Below, piece by piece: positions 48,159 to 60,960 of a DNA stretch of 64,000 bases. Both the position numbers and the translations under genes were made by a program. Source of the DNA: Blasia pusilla (lineage: Eukaryota); contig CM114271.1 of the NCBI GenBank assembly GCA_050084515.1, forward strand, positions 38,626,001 through 38,690,000, in the 5' to 3' direction. Under the pieces are notes generated by a model. The model saw only the letters and a program-made list of their open reading frames with translations. It made no database searches and was not told the DNA's origin. Numbering within the stretch: the first letter of the stretch is position 1; every line of letters begins with the position of its first letter.

Positions 48159-51100
48159 TCAAAACCTGTCCTTTGCCAGCCGCACAGCAGCGAAGGCTTC
48201 TATGTCACTAGCAGAAATACTTACTCTGACTGAATTTCTTAATTCTTGACTGGATGGCCGCAGAAATGGATTAAACTTCTTCTCATCTCCAAGCAGAGAG
48301 GGTATCTGTAGAAAACAACATCCAAAAGAAGTGCACAAGATATTCACTAAGAAAGACAACAAAGAATGTCAAAACTTCCCGAGTGAGGAAACGAAAATAA
48401 TTATATAAAGCTGAGATGCCCACAGGTCAAGCACATTCTACTCTAGGTCCTCTACAATTTTTGGAAAAGAAGTAGTTACAGAAAAATACCGTTGGGATCC
48501 CTTTTCGCCGGAGCTCTGCAACTTGAGCATATTTAGTCACTAATTCCTGATTTTTTGGCTCCACTGACAGTGCAAACTTCGCATTGGACTGTACACATGT
48601 TATACCGGTTATCATCTTACAAACTCCTATTGATGAATCATGAACCCTATAACAGGAAAGCTGTTCTTGAACATTTTGCATCTAAGAACAGATAAATTTG
48701 AGAACAAGTGTACCTTAGACAAAAGCCAAGAAAGACAACTTATAAAGAGAGAACAAGAAACACAAAAATAAAAACCTTCACTTACAAGTGTGTACTCATG
48801 CCCACAATAGACGAGAGTATCATCTGGAAGCTGCCCGATCTTCATCAGAGAATTCCACATCTATCAATTCAGACAACCACAATCAGAATCCACATTTATC
48901 AATTCAGACAACCACAATCAGAATTAAAGCCTATATCTTAGTATGTTTGGGGTGTCCAAATCAAGCACAGCCTGATTTATATAGCCACAGATACATGGTC
49001 ATAGCTATGCTTAATGATGGGAAACTGATGAATGAGTGATATGTTGTCAGTTCAGAGTTAGACCTGTTCAGGTGAGCCTTCAAAAAGCCGCCCACATCCC
49101 AGTGAGAACAAGGTATCTCCAGTAAAGACAGCGTGAGAATCAGGAAAGTAGAAGCTCACATGTCCTGCATGTGGCAATATTGACTTTCAGTGAGTTCAAT
49201 CTCAAACAAACACATCCAGCTGTCAAATCATAACCTGAACATGGGAAGTTCAGATGATAAGGATTCTCCCTGTTGAAAACTGAGAAAATCTAATTTAGTA
49301 ATGCCCTAAATCTAGTTAACTGGATACTAACATAGAGCTCAGTTATCTTTTCCAGTAATCTCGAATTAGGGTTGGCCACCATCATCTACTAAAGGTCTGG
49401 GTTAGTTGAGAGGATTACAGGTCAGACATGTCCTCTCGTGTATTTAGGATCTCTACTTAGACTCGGATCATCATTCTACAGCAAGCACAGCATCCGGTGA
49501 GAATTCCTGAGGCTTTTGATGTGTCGTGCAGCACTGGCCCTGCTGCGGAGTGATCTGAGAGAGACTGTACTATGACACTCTATGGTTTATTGTCGTAGCC
49601 TTGTGACCATAGACCCCATGCCCTGGTTGGATGGTGTTAGAGACTGGGATGGGTGTAGAGATAGGAAGAAGTGAAGAAAGTACCATATGAGAGGAGGGAG
49701 ACACCATCATGTAGTGTGAGTGCTGACCATAGGAAGTATTGGTGTGGAGCTTCCAAGTGTCAACCAGGGGTTCTTTATTATTTACGTTACCTGATTGGGA
49801 TCAGGTAAAGTAGATAATAAAGTGGTGAGGGTACTCGCCAGTGCAGCAGCTTTGGGCAGAGAATCTAGCCTGCTGAATGTGTTGACCGGTTCTGGTGTTA
49901 ACAGCTTAGCAATATCAACATATGCTGTTGCTCTGTATGTTGTGAATTTTGTGCAGGAGACCAGGTAGTGACTAGAGGTTTGATCCCCATCATCACAGAA
50001 GGTTCAGGAATTAAAAGTTGTGTTCCCGTCCTGCTTTTCTTGTGGCTCAATGGGATTGCTCCTATCCTGAACTTGAACTTCAGCTGGGTTCCCAAGCAAC
50101 GTGTTCCCCACAAGTCGTTCTTCAGTTGTGCTTGTTTGGGATATAGAGTTCCAAACTCACACAATGTCTTGAACCTTTTTCGTCCAAGATTTGGTCTGTT
50201 TACTGGCATCCTTTGATTCCACATTGTCCCCATAAGCACTTTTAGGATAGCGATGGGAATCCATTGCCTCCAGCTACCGCTTTGGGCAGAGAGACTTACT
50301 CATTAAGTAGTGCCTGTTCTGGCCTTGTGACGATAGACCCTGTGCCCTGGTTGGATGCTGCTGCTAGAGACTGAGATGCGTGTAGAGAGAGGAAGAAGTG
50401 AAGAAGGTACTGTATGCAAGGAGGGAGACACTCATGTGGTGTGAGTGGGGCAGAGACTGAACTCATTACGCAGTACGTAACCTTGCAACCATAGACCCCA
50501 TGCCCTGGTTGGACGGTCCGAGAGACTGTGATAGGTATAGAGTGAGGAAGAAGTGAATGTTACCATATGGAACGAGGGAGACACTCTCATGTAGTGTAGG
50601 TGCATAGCAGTTGGATGCAACACCAGGACTTCCCAGGAGAACACCCATCCCAGTACTATTCCAGCCCAAAGACACTAAACTGCAGAGTTCTGATGGGATC
50701 TGTTGTAACAGCCCTAGTATGATTGCATCACGAGAGAGGAGAGTTTAGACTGCCAAAGCCCTGTGTGATCTCCCAGCTGGAGAAAAGTCAGGATCTGTGT
50801 TGTGAGTGTGGGGTGTGATTGTGTATAATCCTCCTTAGGAGTTGATCAATCATAAGGAGCAACACATCAGGACAGGTGTCTCGTTATGCACGTGGGCTGT
50901 AAACTCATTTAATGATTTTTCACGCTGATATCATGGATGGGTTAGCTGGAGCTAGATCTGATATTGCAGCAGAAGATAAATCTGCCGATCTACCTTTCAA
51001 GACTCCCGCGACCGTACCACATCTTATAGAAATGAAATTACGAAGGGTCTCATTGAGATGTGGTACATGTAGTCCAAACCCAGAGCATTGCACCAGCTAA

Positions 51101-53672
51101 TGGCACAGCGCCCTTTTGTTCCTTCTGCACTTTGAGCACCAAAGTGCAGAAGGAACATTTTAATTGAGCAAAATTTCAGGACTAATGGTTGTGAGAAGGT
51201 TGCAGATCAAATTGTCTGCCAATCCAGCTTTGTCTGGAGTAACCTTTAATCTAATTAAACTATGATTAATTTTGCAACAGTGTGATGAAATTCTGTTGGT
51301 GCCTTGGTCAATTAAGAAGGAAATGTGCATTGACTCAGAAGATGATAAAGGATTCTATCTGTCTCATGCTCTTGGGTCTTGGTTCCAACTACCCTTTCAG
51401 GTATTTGTGCCTTCTAGGAAGGTGCTGCCCTATGAAGCAACCTATTCTCGACAAAAGTTTGAGACAAGTTCTGCATGCAGGCCATTTCCAGATTTACTAA
51501 CTCAGATTTTGTGCGTGATTTGCCTTGTATTTGGTTCAGTGACAGATCCTGTTGGGATCTACTTTCTTTGTATGATTTGGAGCTTTTCAAAGCTAGATCT
51601 GAGAGGAATGTAACTCCGATTTAAGCCATTGGTAGTCGAAGCAAATATTTTGAGCGACGACACTAGCTACATTGAAGAGTGTACAACAGAAGAAGGTTCT
51701 GCATGGAAATCTGTACAGTAGAGTCAACCTCGAGTATGACCAGGGGTGTCCAGCACGTGCATCATATGTTCCCCAAGTCTCCATGTTTCACCATCACGCA
51801 AAGATATATCAATACCAGGAATTCGTTCTTCATCGGCACGGGGACCAACAACCTACACCACCAGTTGGGACTTTCCATGAGTTCAATTTGTGGTCAAACA
51901 TGCTCACCTGCATTGCTTAAAAAATCCTACATTTACAGACTGTGAGGTCATCAGGCGGTTGGAGAGTTTTGGCTCGGCCTTCCAGACCTGGTTTGCAGTC
52001 CCACTTCAAACAAATCCTGAGGTGCTGAAAGTTGTAGTGCACCAAAAGCATCATCACTGAAAGGACTGAAATTCACAACATGACCCGCTTCACCCTACTT
52101 TGCCAGGGCCATCTGTGGCAATGGTCTTACTCTGAGGTGACAGTCTGGAAGTGGGTTTCTGAGAGTAAAAAAAGAGCTTTGCACTCATTCCAACATATTC
52201 AGAGCGGATGCAAAAGCTGCAGTATGTCGACAATCTCTTCCATTGTGATTCTTCTCTACTGTTGGCAATAATGACAAATCCTATGATGACAGGGAAAATG
52301 CCTTCCATGATAAAATATCCCACTTGTATCCTAGGTTGACTCAGAGAGAGCAAGAGGAAGCCTCACCTTGGCATTGAATTTCTTCTTCAGATCAGCATTT
52401 CCGCCTGTGTGGTCCCAGTGATGATGGGTATTGAGAATGAAGTCCAATGAGAGGTCCTTCGCTTTCAAAGCATTGATTATAGGACCGGAGGCTGACGGAT
52501 CAACGACTGCAGTAACCCCAGCCTTCGAGTCATGTAGGATGTATGCATAATTGTCCACGAGACATGGAACCTGATGCACATCCCACATACCTCCAGCTGA
52601 AGAACTACATTGGAAATGAGGAGTCTGTTAGATTGAAAGACAGTACAGCAAAAATATGTACAAGTATAAACTACTGCACTCCCAAACACCTCACAATCAG
52701 ATCAAAGAAACTGCTACTTCAATACTAAACTTCAATCGAATAATTGGACGAGTACACAAAAAGTAGAAAGAGAGATTGATATAATAGGCATGCTATTAGT
52801 TACTATACCGATCATTCTCAGCCTCCCACCATACGATGAGGAGAAATAAGGGTACGAAGACCTTGGTGCGTAGAGCTCACCTTTTTACAAACTACGAGTT
52901 TCCTACATTCCTACTTACAGAAATCAGCTCTCTTTTCTGAGATCTTTAAAGCATAAGAATTCTCTGACATACCATTTCTATCTGCAGTCTTGAAGTTACG
53001 ACATTGGTGCTGTAAAAGCGGCCCGTAAAGTGAGGACGTTTCAAGTTTCGTGTAGCTGTTCTATGACAGTAGGAAGTCACCATTACTTCAGGACGGCCAG
53101 GTTGTTGAAGAAGCGGCGCTGCTGTTTGATTCACGCTAGAAAGTCCCAAGACTCTGTGCACCTGGTGGAAAAGGATAACAGGAGTAGATGAAATCGCATG
53201 TCAAACTGGACAGATTCATAGTACCACTTCTGGCTCGTCTAACTCGTCTCTTTCCTAGATCTGATTTACATTACCATCTCCACATGTCAAGTCACAATCC
53301 ACCGCCGCGATGATTACCAATTGGTACTTCCCACCGTAATTAAAACAAGGGGGTGAAGGACCGGGTTCAAATTTCAGTCCCTTCTCGCTCCGCAACAACT
53401 GCTCTATAATAATAAGCAGACGAGAAATGTCTCAATTGTCGCCAGAGCAGAAGCTTCAATTGCGCCACATCCCTATTACGCCTCCATTCTAGTTTGAAAG
53501 GAAGCAAGATGTCACTCCAAAATCCAAAACCAGAACGGACCTCCTCCCGGCGAAGAGAGACCATCAACAGCAGTCTAGGAGATGCCTCCATGATCATCTG
53601 AGCTCTTACCCCTGAGAAGTAGGTGACAGGTGCCGAGCTTCGCAGCATAGAAAGCTTCGCAATTACCACCAT
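48159..53672 (-). CDS. GLX2: Hydroxyacylglutathione hydrolase (glyoxalase II), organellar type with N-terminal transit peptide, 333 aa
   Basis: Exons 53672-53610, 53161-52973, 52570-52367, 51852-51729, 49164-49064, 48860-48786, 48588-48490, 48305-48159; all GT-AG and frame-consistent (1002 nt). Motifs [54 protein letters not shown]. Confidence 0.96.
49598..50605. repeat. Three copies of a ~120-160-bp repeat inside GLX2 intron 4 (probable TE remnant)
   Basis: CCTTG..ATAGACCC..GCCCTGGTTGGA..AGGAAGAAGTGAA..GAGGGAGACAC at 49598, 50322 and 50481. Confidence 0.8.
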
Positions 53673-54239
53673 TTCCTCTCTCTCTCCCTCTCAATCGCAC
53701 GAGCATAAAAACAAACGCTCTAAGAAAGATCCGTCTGCGGACGCTCGCACTTTCTCACATAAGATTGCAAAAGACCAACGCACACATACTCAAACCAAAG
53801 CTGCCGAAAAGCCGTGTCTGCGGATGCTCTCCGTGGCACCAAAAGCTGCGAGAATTTCACATAAGCCCGAGAAGAGTGCCCTGTCTGGGGTTGCGAGATA
53901 ACTAAGAGCGCAATGTTTGTTTTGTGTTTCTGATCTTTACATTGTTCACAAGATACGACAACGGCTGGAATTGCTCCTCACTGCAATTTCATGGACAAGA
54001 TTTGGGATGGGATAAGAAAAAATCTCGAAGAGGGATAAAGACGACGACGAACCCAAAAGGAAAATGGACCGCATATCTATGAGTATAAGATTATGAACAT
54101 TGTGAAAACGGCAAGATGCTTTCATGCCGTTTAGAAGAATTTTTGTAGTGTTGGATATGAAACCAAGAACGGCACAAGATGCTAAAAACAAACCATATCC
54201 ATGGATACATGTATGTGTAACAAGGAGATATATCTTGAG

Positions 54240-55458
54240 GATTAAGGTTATATAGAGGTGGAGGCGACTGTGATCATTGTACACTCGGTCTTTCCACCTT
54301 TATTCATGATTAGGCAAAGTCATTGGCTCGTCTATTTGGCCAAGGAGGTTGGCATAGCCAAATTTGTGTATTGTATATGGATGTATTTTATAGAACGTTA
54401 CATGCTTCAATTGAAGAGTTTGATTAGAAATCAAACCCAAGTGGAGGGTAGTATGACATAGGGCTAAATACTAGGCAAGGCCATGTTGTACACATTCGAG
54501 TTGTTGGGTCACCTTCATATTTCCGCACTAATGCCATAGATATATAGGATGGTGAATGAGGAGTATGATGATGACAAGGAGAGAGCATATATGACATGTA
54601 TAAGTGTATGTTTGATTAATACACCTTGCTCTGAATCACATATTTATTTTGATGAACAACTTATGCAAGATGGAGTGATAAGGTTGTTTTGACCAAGAAA
54701 GGGATGTAGCCCAATTATATCAGTTTGATTTCTCCGGTTCAAAACTTACATGATCGATATTCTTCAATGATATTATGTTAGAGAGGACGTGGCAAATTAC
54801 CCTACATTGGATATTGATAATGTGAAGAGAGTAATCATCCCTCTTATGAATGCTCGATCATTTACGCAATCACAATAGTTTTTGATAAGGGATTTGTACG
54901 AGTGACATATACGGAATTAGGACCTCGGTGTATGTTGCACTTTTGAGCATGATTCACGAATATCCAAACACAACACAAATATTGTCGAAGGAGACCTCCC
55001 ATATTGTGGAGTGTTGGAAGAGGTGTAAGAGTTGTCTTTCACACTTTTTAAGTGATTGCCTTATAGTGTTGATGGCATGCTATAAAGAGGGGTCTTCTAA
55101 TTCTAGGTTTGATCACTTCCTAGTACATGCATTACATTCCTTTTAGTTTGCATATAGTGTAAATCTTGGGTGTTATCAAGTGTATGAAGTAGTTGAAAAT
55201 AAAATTGTGAGTAGATGTAGAGAATGAATATATGTATTCATAAAAGGAAGGGAATATTAAAAAAAAATTGTATGATAAGTTTGGTCATTCATGTATTTGT
55301 GCCATAAGATGGATGAACATAGTCAAGTATATAAGAAATTATTGTATGTTGTATAATATTGGGTATGTGCATGAGGTTTACCATTTGATTTTCTACAGGT
55401 TTATTTATAATTTTATGTTATTTATGATATTTTCTCTATTTTCCTAAAAATTGTAGTG
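54240..55458 (+). mobile_element. Degenerate CACTA/En-Spm transposase fragment (DUF4218-like)
   Basis: FPPLFM..HWLVYLAKEV..VYCIWMYFIERYMLQLKSLIRNQTQVEGSM at 54258-54461 resembles the TnpD region. A possible terminal TTGTAGTG lies at 55451-55458; the right boundary is tentative. Confidence 0.7.
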
Positions 55459-55960
55459 TGAGCTCATTGAGATTTCTTTTTTTGTTTGTGGAAATTTTTT
55501 TCTTTTTTTTTTGGAAATTTTTATCTGTTTCATTTAGAGTGAAATAAAAGGAATTAATTGAATGGCTTTAACATGGATGTATGGTTAGTGTAATCTAACT
55601 AGTTAGAATGTTAGCACTACAAGCGCGAAAATACAATTAAAAAAATAAACATATTTTTTATTTTTTATTTTTTTAAAAATTTTAAAGAAATAAGAATATT
55701 CCACTATTCAATTAAAATTTAAATACTTTCCTTTTAATTTTTTTTGGATCATTTCACAAGAAAATAAAAAATAAAAAACCTATTCTTCTCCTTCCACCAA
55801 AATAACAAATATTAATAGATTATTAATTAAATTATTAAACTTATTTTCCTCTTCCATTAGATTCCCTTGTAAGTAATATAGTCTCCCTGTCTTATCTTAT
55901 TGTCTCAAATTATTTCTATAACTAAAAGAGGATGGATTTACAAGAAACCCTCTTCAAGTG

Positions 55961-56063
55961 TCGACACGTGTCTTTTTCAAGGTCCTTTATGATCGACACT
56001 TGTCTTTTTCGAGTTCTCTATGATCCACACCTGTCCTTTTAAGGGTCCTCTATGGAGACACCT
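55961..56063. repeat. ~31-32-bp minisatellite, about 3.3 copies
   Basis: TC(G/C)ACACNTGTC(T/C)TTTT..CT(T/C)TATG repeated. Confidence 0.85.
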
Positions 56064-56631
56064 ATTATTTAAATGGTAAATAAATCAAGCCCGTGGGACC
56101 CAAGTGTCGAAAGGCTAAAAAACACATCATAAGTAATAAACCAAAATAGGAAAAGAACCTGTAAGTCTTATCTTAGCCAATGCCTAAAGCACTTGAGCGA
56201 TGAATAATGACATCCCTAATATAACAACCTAAATCATAAGGCACTAGTTATAGTAAAGAGTAGAAATTCCCCACATCTATTTTATGCGCTTGTCTAATCT
56301 TTTCATACCTAGGATACGTAACAAACACATGCTCTTCATCCTTAATACCTCATATGGCATATAACCTACAAATTCGTTCCCGACGCTAGAATCAGAAGAA
56401 GTCTAGAGCGGATGATGGTGAAATCCTATGCGAGAGGTATGCGGACACGGCTAACGGTATGGGATAGTTCACACATGTAACAAAGGAAAATTGAAACGGG
56501 AAACGATACGGTACACTCGAGAGAATTATTTCTCCGCATGCTTCCATGTTCAATTTTCCAGACCAGCAAACTCATTCCCCCGCGGAACGCCATCCGATGC
56601 CAAGAGAAAGCCGCCGCCGCCGCCCTCTTCA

Positions 56632-56865
56632 TGAGCGCCTAAAGCAAAGCGGACTTGAACGTGGAATTCGAATGGTGCTACTGATTTGCAGAGATTGTAT
56701 AGGAAACTCAGAGAGTCCCCAAGAGCGTCTCAAGCGGACTTGAAAGCGGAATTCGAATGGTGCTACTGAATCGCAGCGATCGTATGGCAACTCGGAGAAT
56801 CCCCAAGAGCTTCTAAAGAAGACTTAAGCGTGGAAGTCGAATGGGGCTACTGAGTCTCAACGAGA
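56632..56865. repeat. Three 84-85-bp tandem units
   Basis: GAA(T/G)TCGAATGG(T/G)GCTACTGA at 56664, 56749 and 56833. Confidence 0.85.
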
Positions 56866-57619
56866 TTCGAAGACAAGCTCGTTGTTAGCAGAAGATTATG
56901 AGCTCGCACACAAAATCCTCGGAGTCAGTCGAGAACACACCAATTTGATCTCACTCTCTTCGTCGAGTGTTCGCATTATGAGTTCCGCAACTTCCGTCCA
57001 CAGTGGTAGATACAAGAGTTACTACACAATGCTCGGTGGAACTGGTCGTAAATCGTCGTAGACATCATACAAAGGTTACCGTGACTTCTATCACTCTAAA
57101 TACGTAGCGATGCTTTTTGAGTCTCATGCATATGTGAAAAAAAATTCTTAAAAGTTTTCAAAACCATTGTTGTAAAGTAATTCAACTAAAACTAGACTCG
57201 AATTTTGAGAATGAATGTCCCAAATACCATCCAACTTGCACCCGCATTCTCTTCACTATCGTTGAATTGATTGAATAATTTTTCAAAATTAATATATTGA
57301 TGCTAACATTTAAGAGGAATGTGCGTTTCACATGGCTGTTTCCGATTTTCTCGACATATATCCTTATTCATAATTTACAAGCATAGGATTAACATGAAGT
57401 TGATAATACTGCATTTTTGTGCGCCAATTTCTCCAAAGAGTGTTGAGAAATTTCTTTTGTAGATGCTTGCAGAGTGCCACCGGTTTCAAGTTCCAAGCCC
57501 GTTTAGCCACATTCCACTTTGTAGACCAAGTCAACACATATGTAATCCACCCTATGGAGCGTGTGGCTCGCAAAGCTTCATGAGGGAGGCAAAAAGTAGC
57601 AAGAGATCTCACCGTTACG

Positions 57620-59400
57620 ATATAAGTGATGGTTAAGTAGAAAGCTTCAGCCTCAAGAGGAAGGCAACCTGTTTCCGCAAAAAGAATAGCATAAAGAGTT
57701 TGGTTTCACACCCAAATGTTCTTGTAGAAAGATCTTTTGCATCCTCTCCACACGCTCCCAACCTGTCTTTTTGCAAGTAGGGCACCAAACTTGAGTCCCA
57801 TATAAGGCCATAGGAAGAACTAAGCTCATAAATAAAAACTTCCTAAGACTCCAAGATACAAGATGAGCTTTTCTACACCGATTTAAAAGTGAATATAGAG
57901 CTTTGTAACATGCTTCTACTCTCTTTTGAAGGCAAAGTGCCCAACTATAGTCATGAGAGAAATCAATGCCTAGATACTTATAACTCTTCACTTATTCTAA
58001 TTGTAGACCTTTGTAAAGGAATCGGAACTTGGATCTATTGCCTACTATAATGACTTTAGACTTCTCCATGTTTACCTCCATCCGATTCTTGGTACAAAAA
58101 CTTTCCAAAGTGTCGAGGTATTTTTGTAAACTAATGGCATCTTATGCTAGTAATATGATATCACTTGCATACAATAAAGCTTTGGTAACAAAGTCTCCAA
58201 ATTTCACACCTTCATTTTCACATTCCTCCAACCACTTTTCAATGTCATCTATGAAAACTCCAAATAGAGTAGGGGATAGAAGACAACCTTGAATAAATCC
58301 AATAGTACTCAAGATCTCTTGAGTTTTTGAGTCTTTAATTTTGGCCCGAACGGATTGGTAAAATGTGGCCCGACAACTAGGAGATTCTGTGGAACTCCAA
58401 TGATTTGTAACCTATCATGTAAGAGCTTATGAGGGACTGTATCAAAAGCTTTCTTCAAATAGATAAAACCACAAAACAAAGCTTTCCCATTGCCCTTAGA
58501 TTTCTCCCATAGAACGCATAAGGCCAAGATATGGTCGAAGGTGTTGTATGTTGGTCGAAACTCAACTTGGACTCGTGCTCTCTTTTGGGAAGACTCTGTC
58601 TATGCTCTCAACTTTGACTCCACCAATTTTCCAAAATTCTTCGCAAAAATGCTACCCACCATGGTAATGCGATAGTTTATCACCAAATCCTTCATTCATG
58701 ATTTGTGAATAGGAATAATCTCTCGTAGTGACCAAGTAGTATGAAAACCATAGATAGTAGAATCTTCCAATATTTTGGTGAAGATAGCCCCGATAGAATC
58801 TTCTTCCCACTTGGGAAGTTTATTAGAAAGACCATCTAAATCTTCATATTTGCCATTTGCTAGTTTTGTAAGTTAAGTCATCACCTCAATTTCAGAGAAT
58901 AATCTTGGTATACCTCCATAACGGGGCATAAATATAGCATGGGGGAAGAAATAAAGCTTTCCGGAAAAAGATATCAAAAAGTAGGTTTTGATGCTTGTAC
59001 TACTAATCGTTTTCAAAATGATTTGGGATTTGTGTGGAGTTCTCTTATCAAAGACTCCTCCTTGCGCCGCAAGAATGCTTGTTTCTTAGATTTCACCAAG
59101 TGTTTGTAAAGGTTTATCATCACAAGATGACTTGGGATATCCAAAGATTTTTCCACTGATCTTAAGCTTGCTTGCTTGCAATCGGAGTCAAACCACCCAT
59201 TATAAGGTAGTCTTCTAGCACTTCTATCCCTATTTCGAAAAAAGAACTTGGATGCAGTGTTCTTGGGCAATTGGATTAGTTGCAAACTTTCCATTTGTGG
59301 ATCGTGGCTCCATTCCATGCGAGTCAAAAATTCTTGTGAATGTGCCATGTAAAGATCTATTTTTACGAGGATCTAAGCAAAACTTAAGAGAAGTAAACAC
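57620..59400 (-). mobile_element. Degenerate non-LTR retrotransposon (LINE) reverse-transcriptase fragment
   Basis: Minus-strand motifs WFDSDCK, FIYLKKAFDTV, QGCLLSPTLFGVFIDD, LLYASDII (decayed YADD), YKYLGIDF, LVLPMALYGTQVW. Confidence 0.85.
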
Positions 59401-59779
59401 GAATTTATGTACTGAAAGAATAATTATTTTCAATAATGAAAGAATAAACAAAAGAGAAACATGTTCTATACTATTAAAAGAGAATGAGCATTTTGGTATA
59501 GAGCTCTTCCTGACATGTGTCTCTTAATGAAATTTCTCCGTGTGCCACGTGTCACTTTAATATTTGCCTTTATTTTTTTCTGAATTTATATGCGTATAAG
59601 CTAAGAGTACAAGGAAAAAATCTAACTTGTGCTTAGGTGGCGGTTAGAGTCCTAATCCCCGCCTAATCTACTTTGAATTTTGGGTTCTTCGCCACTTTGG
59701 AGGTGTATTGAGGCAGATATTTAAACATCTGGGAGGCAATATGATGTTGCGTTGTTCAGCAAGTCATAGAGTCAGCAAA

Positions 59780-60165
59780 ATCAACAGCTAGAATTTGCAT
59801 TTTTTAATTAGAATTCCAAAATTTTACACAGGTATAAAATGGTGCGCTTTATACTTTTTATAATGCTATTGCTAGAACCTTATCAATTTACTCCGATTGC
59901 TATATTTCTATCAATTTTGATGGTTTTCTACACTTACATGTGTTGGCAATGCACACAAGGAGAAAAAGTCAGCAGTTGAAATTTGCATTTTTTGATAAGA
60001 GTTTCAAAAAGTGTACACATGTACATCTCATACTATTCATAGTGCTACAATGCTATCATAAACATCTGTCAAATTAATCTTCTATACCTACACTCGGAGT
60101 AGGGTTGCACAACCAATCTGCTCATTGAGTTTAGATGTGTTGGCAGAAATACACAAGGAGAAGCA
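59780..60165. repeat. Degenerate ~190-200-bp tandem repeat
   Basis: AATTTGCATTTTTT blocks near 59790 and 59980; TGTGTTGGCA..ACACAAGGAGAA near 59939 and 60137. Confidence 0.6.
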
Positions 60166-60960
60166 TATAGGACTCCTTCATCATCATAAGTTCTAATCTA
60201 TTGCAAATGCCCTTTGTCTTCAGTCTTGTAACTCTCATGCAGTGCTTTCTTTGAAACTTGCCAAAGTTAAACATCACATGGTAATACAATTGACAACTTA
60301 CCTGATTGTACAGAGCACAAGAAAGTTCATGTATGACTCAAAGATGTACTACGTTGAAGTCCAAACAAGCCAAGGGAAAATGTTGTCTTTTGCTCAGCCA
60401 AGCAAAAGACAACATAGTGTTAGCTCAGAAGGGTACATTCCATTACCAATGAGAAGCCTTGAACATATGGAAGTTCATTATGAGGAACATATTCAAGAGG
60501 ATTCTACTAGTAGTTCGAGTAGGAGTAGAAAACAAATGTTGCGTCCCAAGCTAGCTAGGAAAAGAAGGAGATCAATGCAAGTATGTGTTTCCTTCAATAT
60601 TAAATTGTAAGCTTTTTTGTTGTATCATGTAAAGCCATCTATTCACCATCTATTTCCGTGTACTCCTTCCTATCTATAATACGAATAGTTGTCTTTGTAG
60701 AGAATTACTCGCTCTCTCAACAGATCTGACAAATTCCAGCAGCCTGCATGGTCACCTAAGATCGACTAGCAATACAAGTGCTTTTCAGATCACCCTAAAC
60801 CGATCTGGTAAGGCAGACGTATACTCAGCCGAGAGTTCACAATACTAGCACCCGACATCAGGAAACTCAACATTCCAAGAAAAAAATAGCCTACGAGAAC
60901 GTGACAGAAAAAATAAAGTGGCAAGACAGCGGGATCGCTCCAGCCTCCATTTGTTCTCTC

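Noticed and set aside
55961-56865. Short periodic repeats as a CRISPR-like array
   Set aside because: The units are contiguous degenerate tandem repeats without unique spacers; the context is eukaryotic and there are no cas genes.
60242-60610. 122-aa ORF with a basic NLS-like tail
   Set aside because: No recognisable domain and no supportable neighbouring exons; probably a TE or gene fragment.
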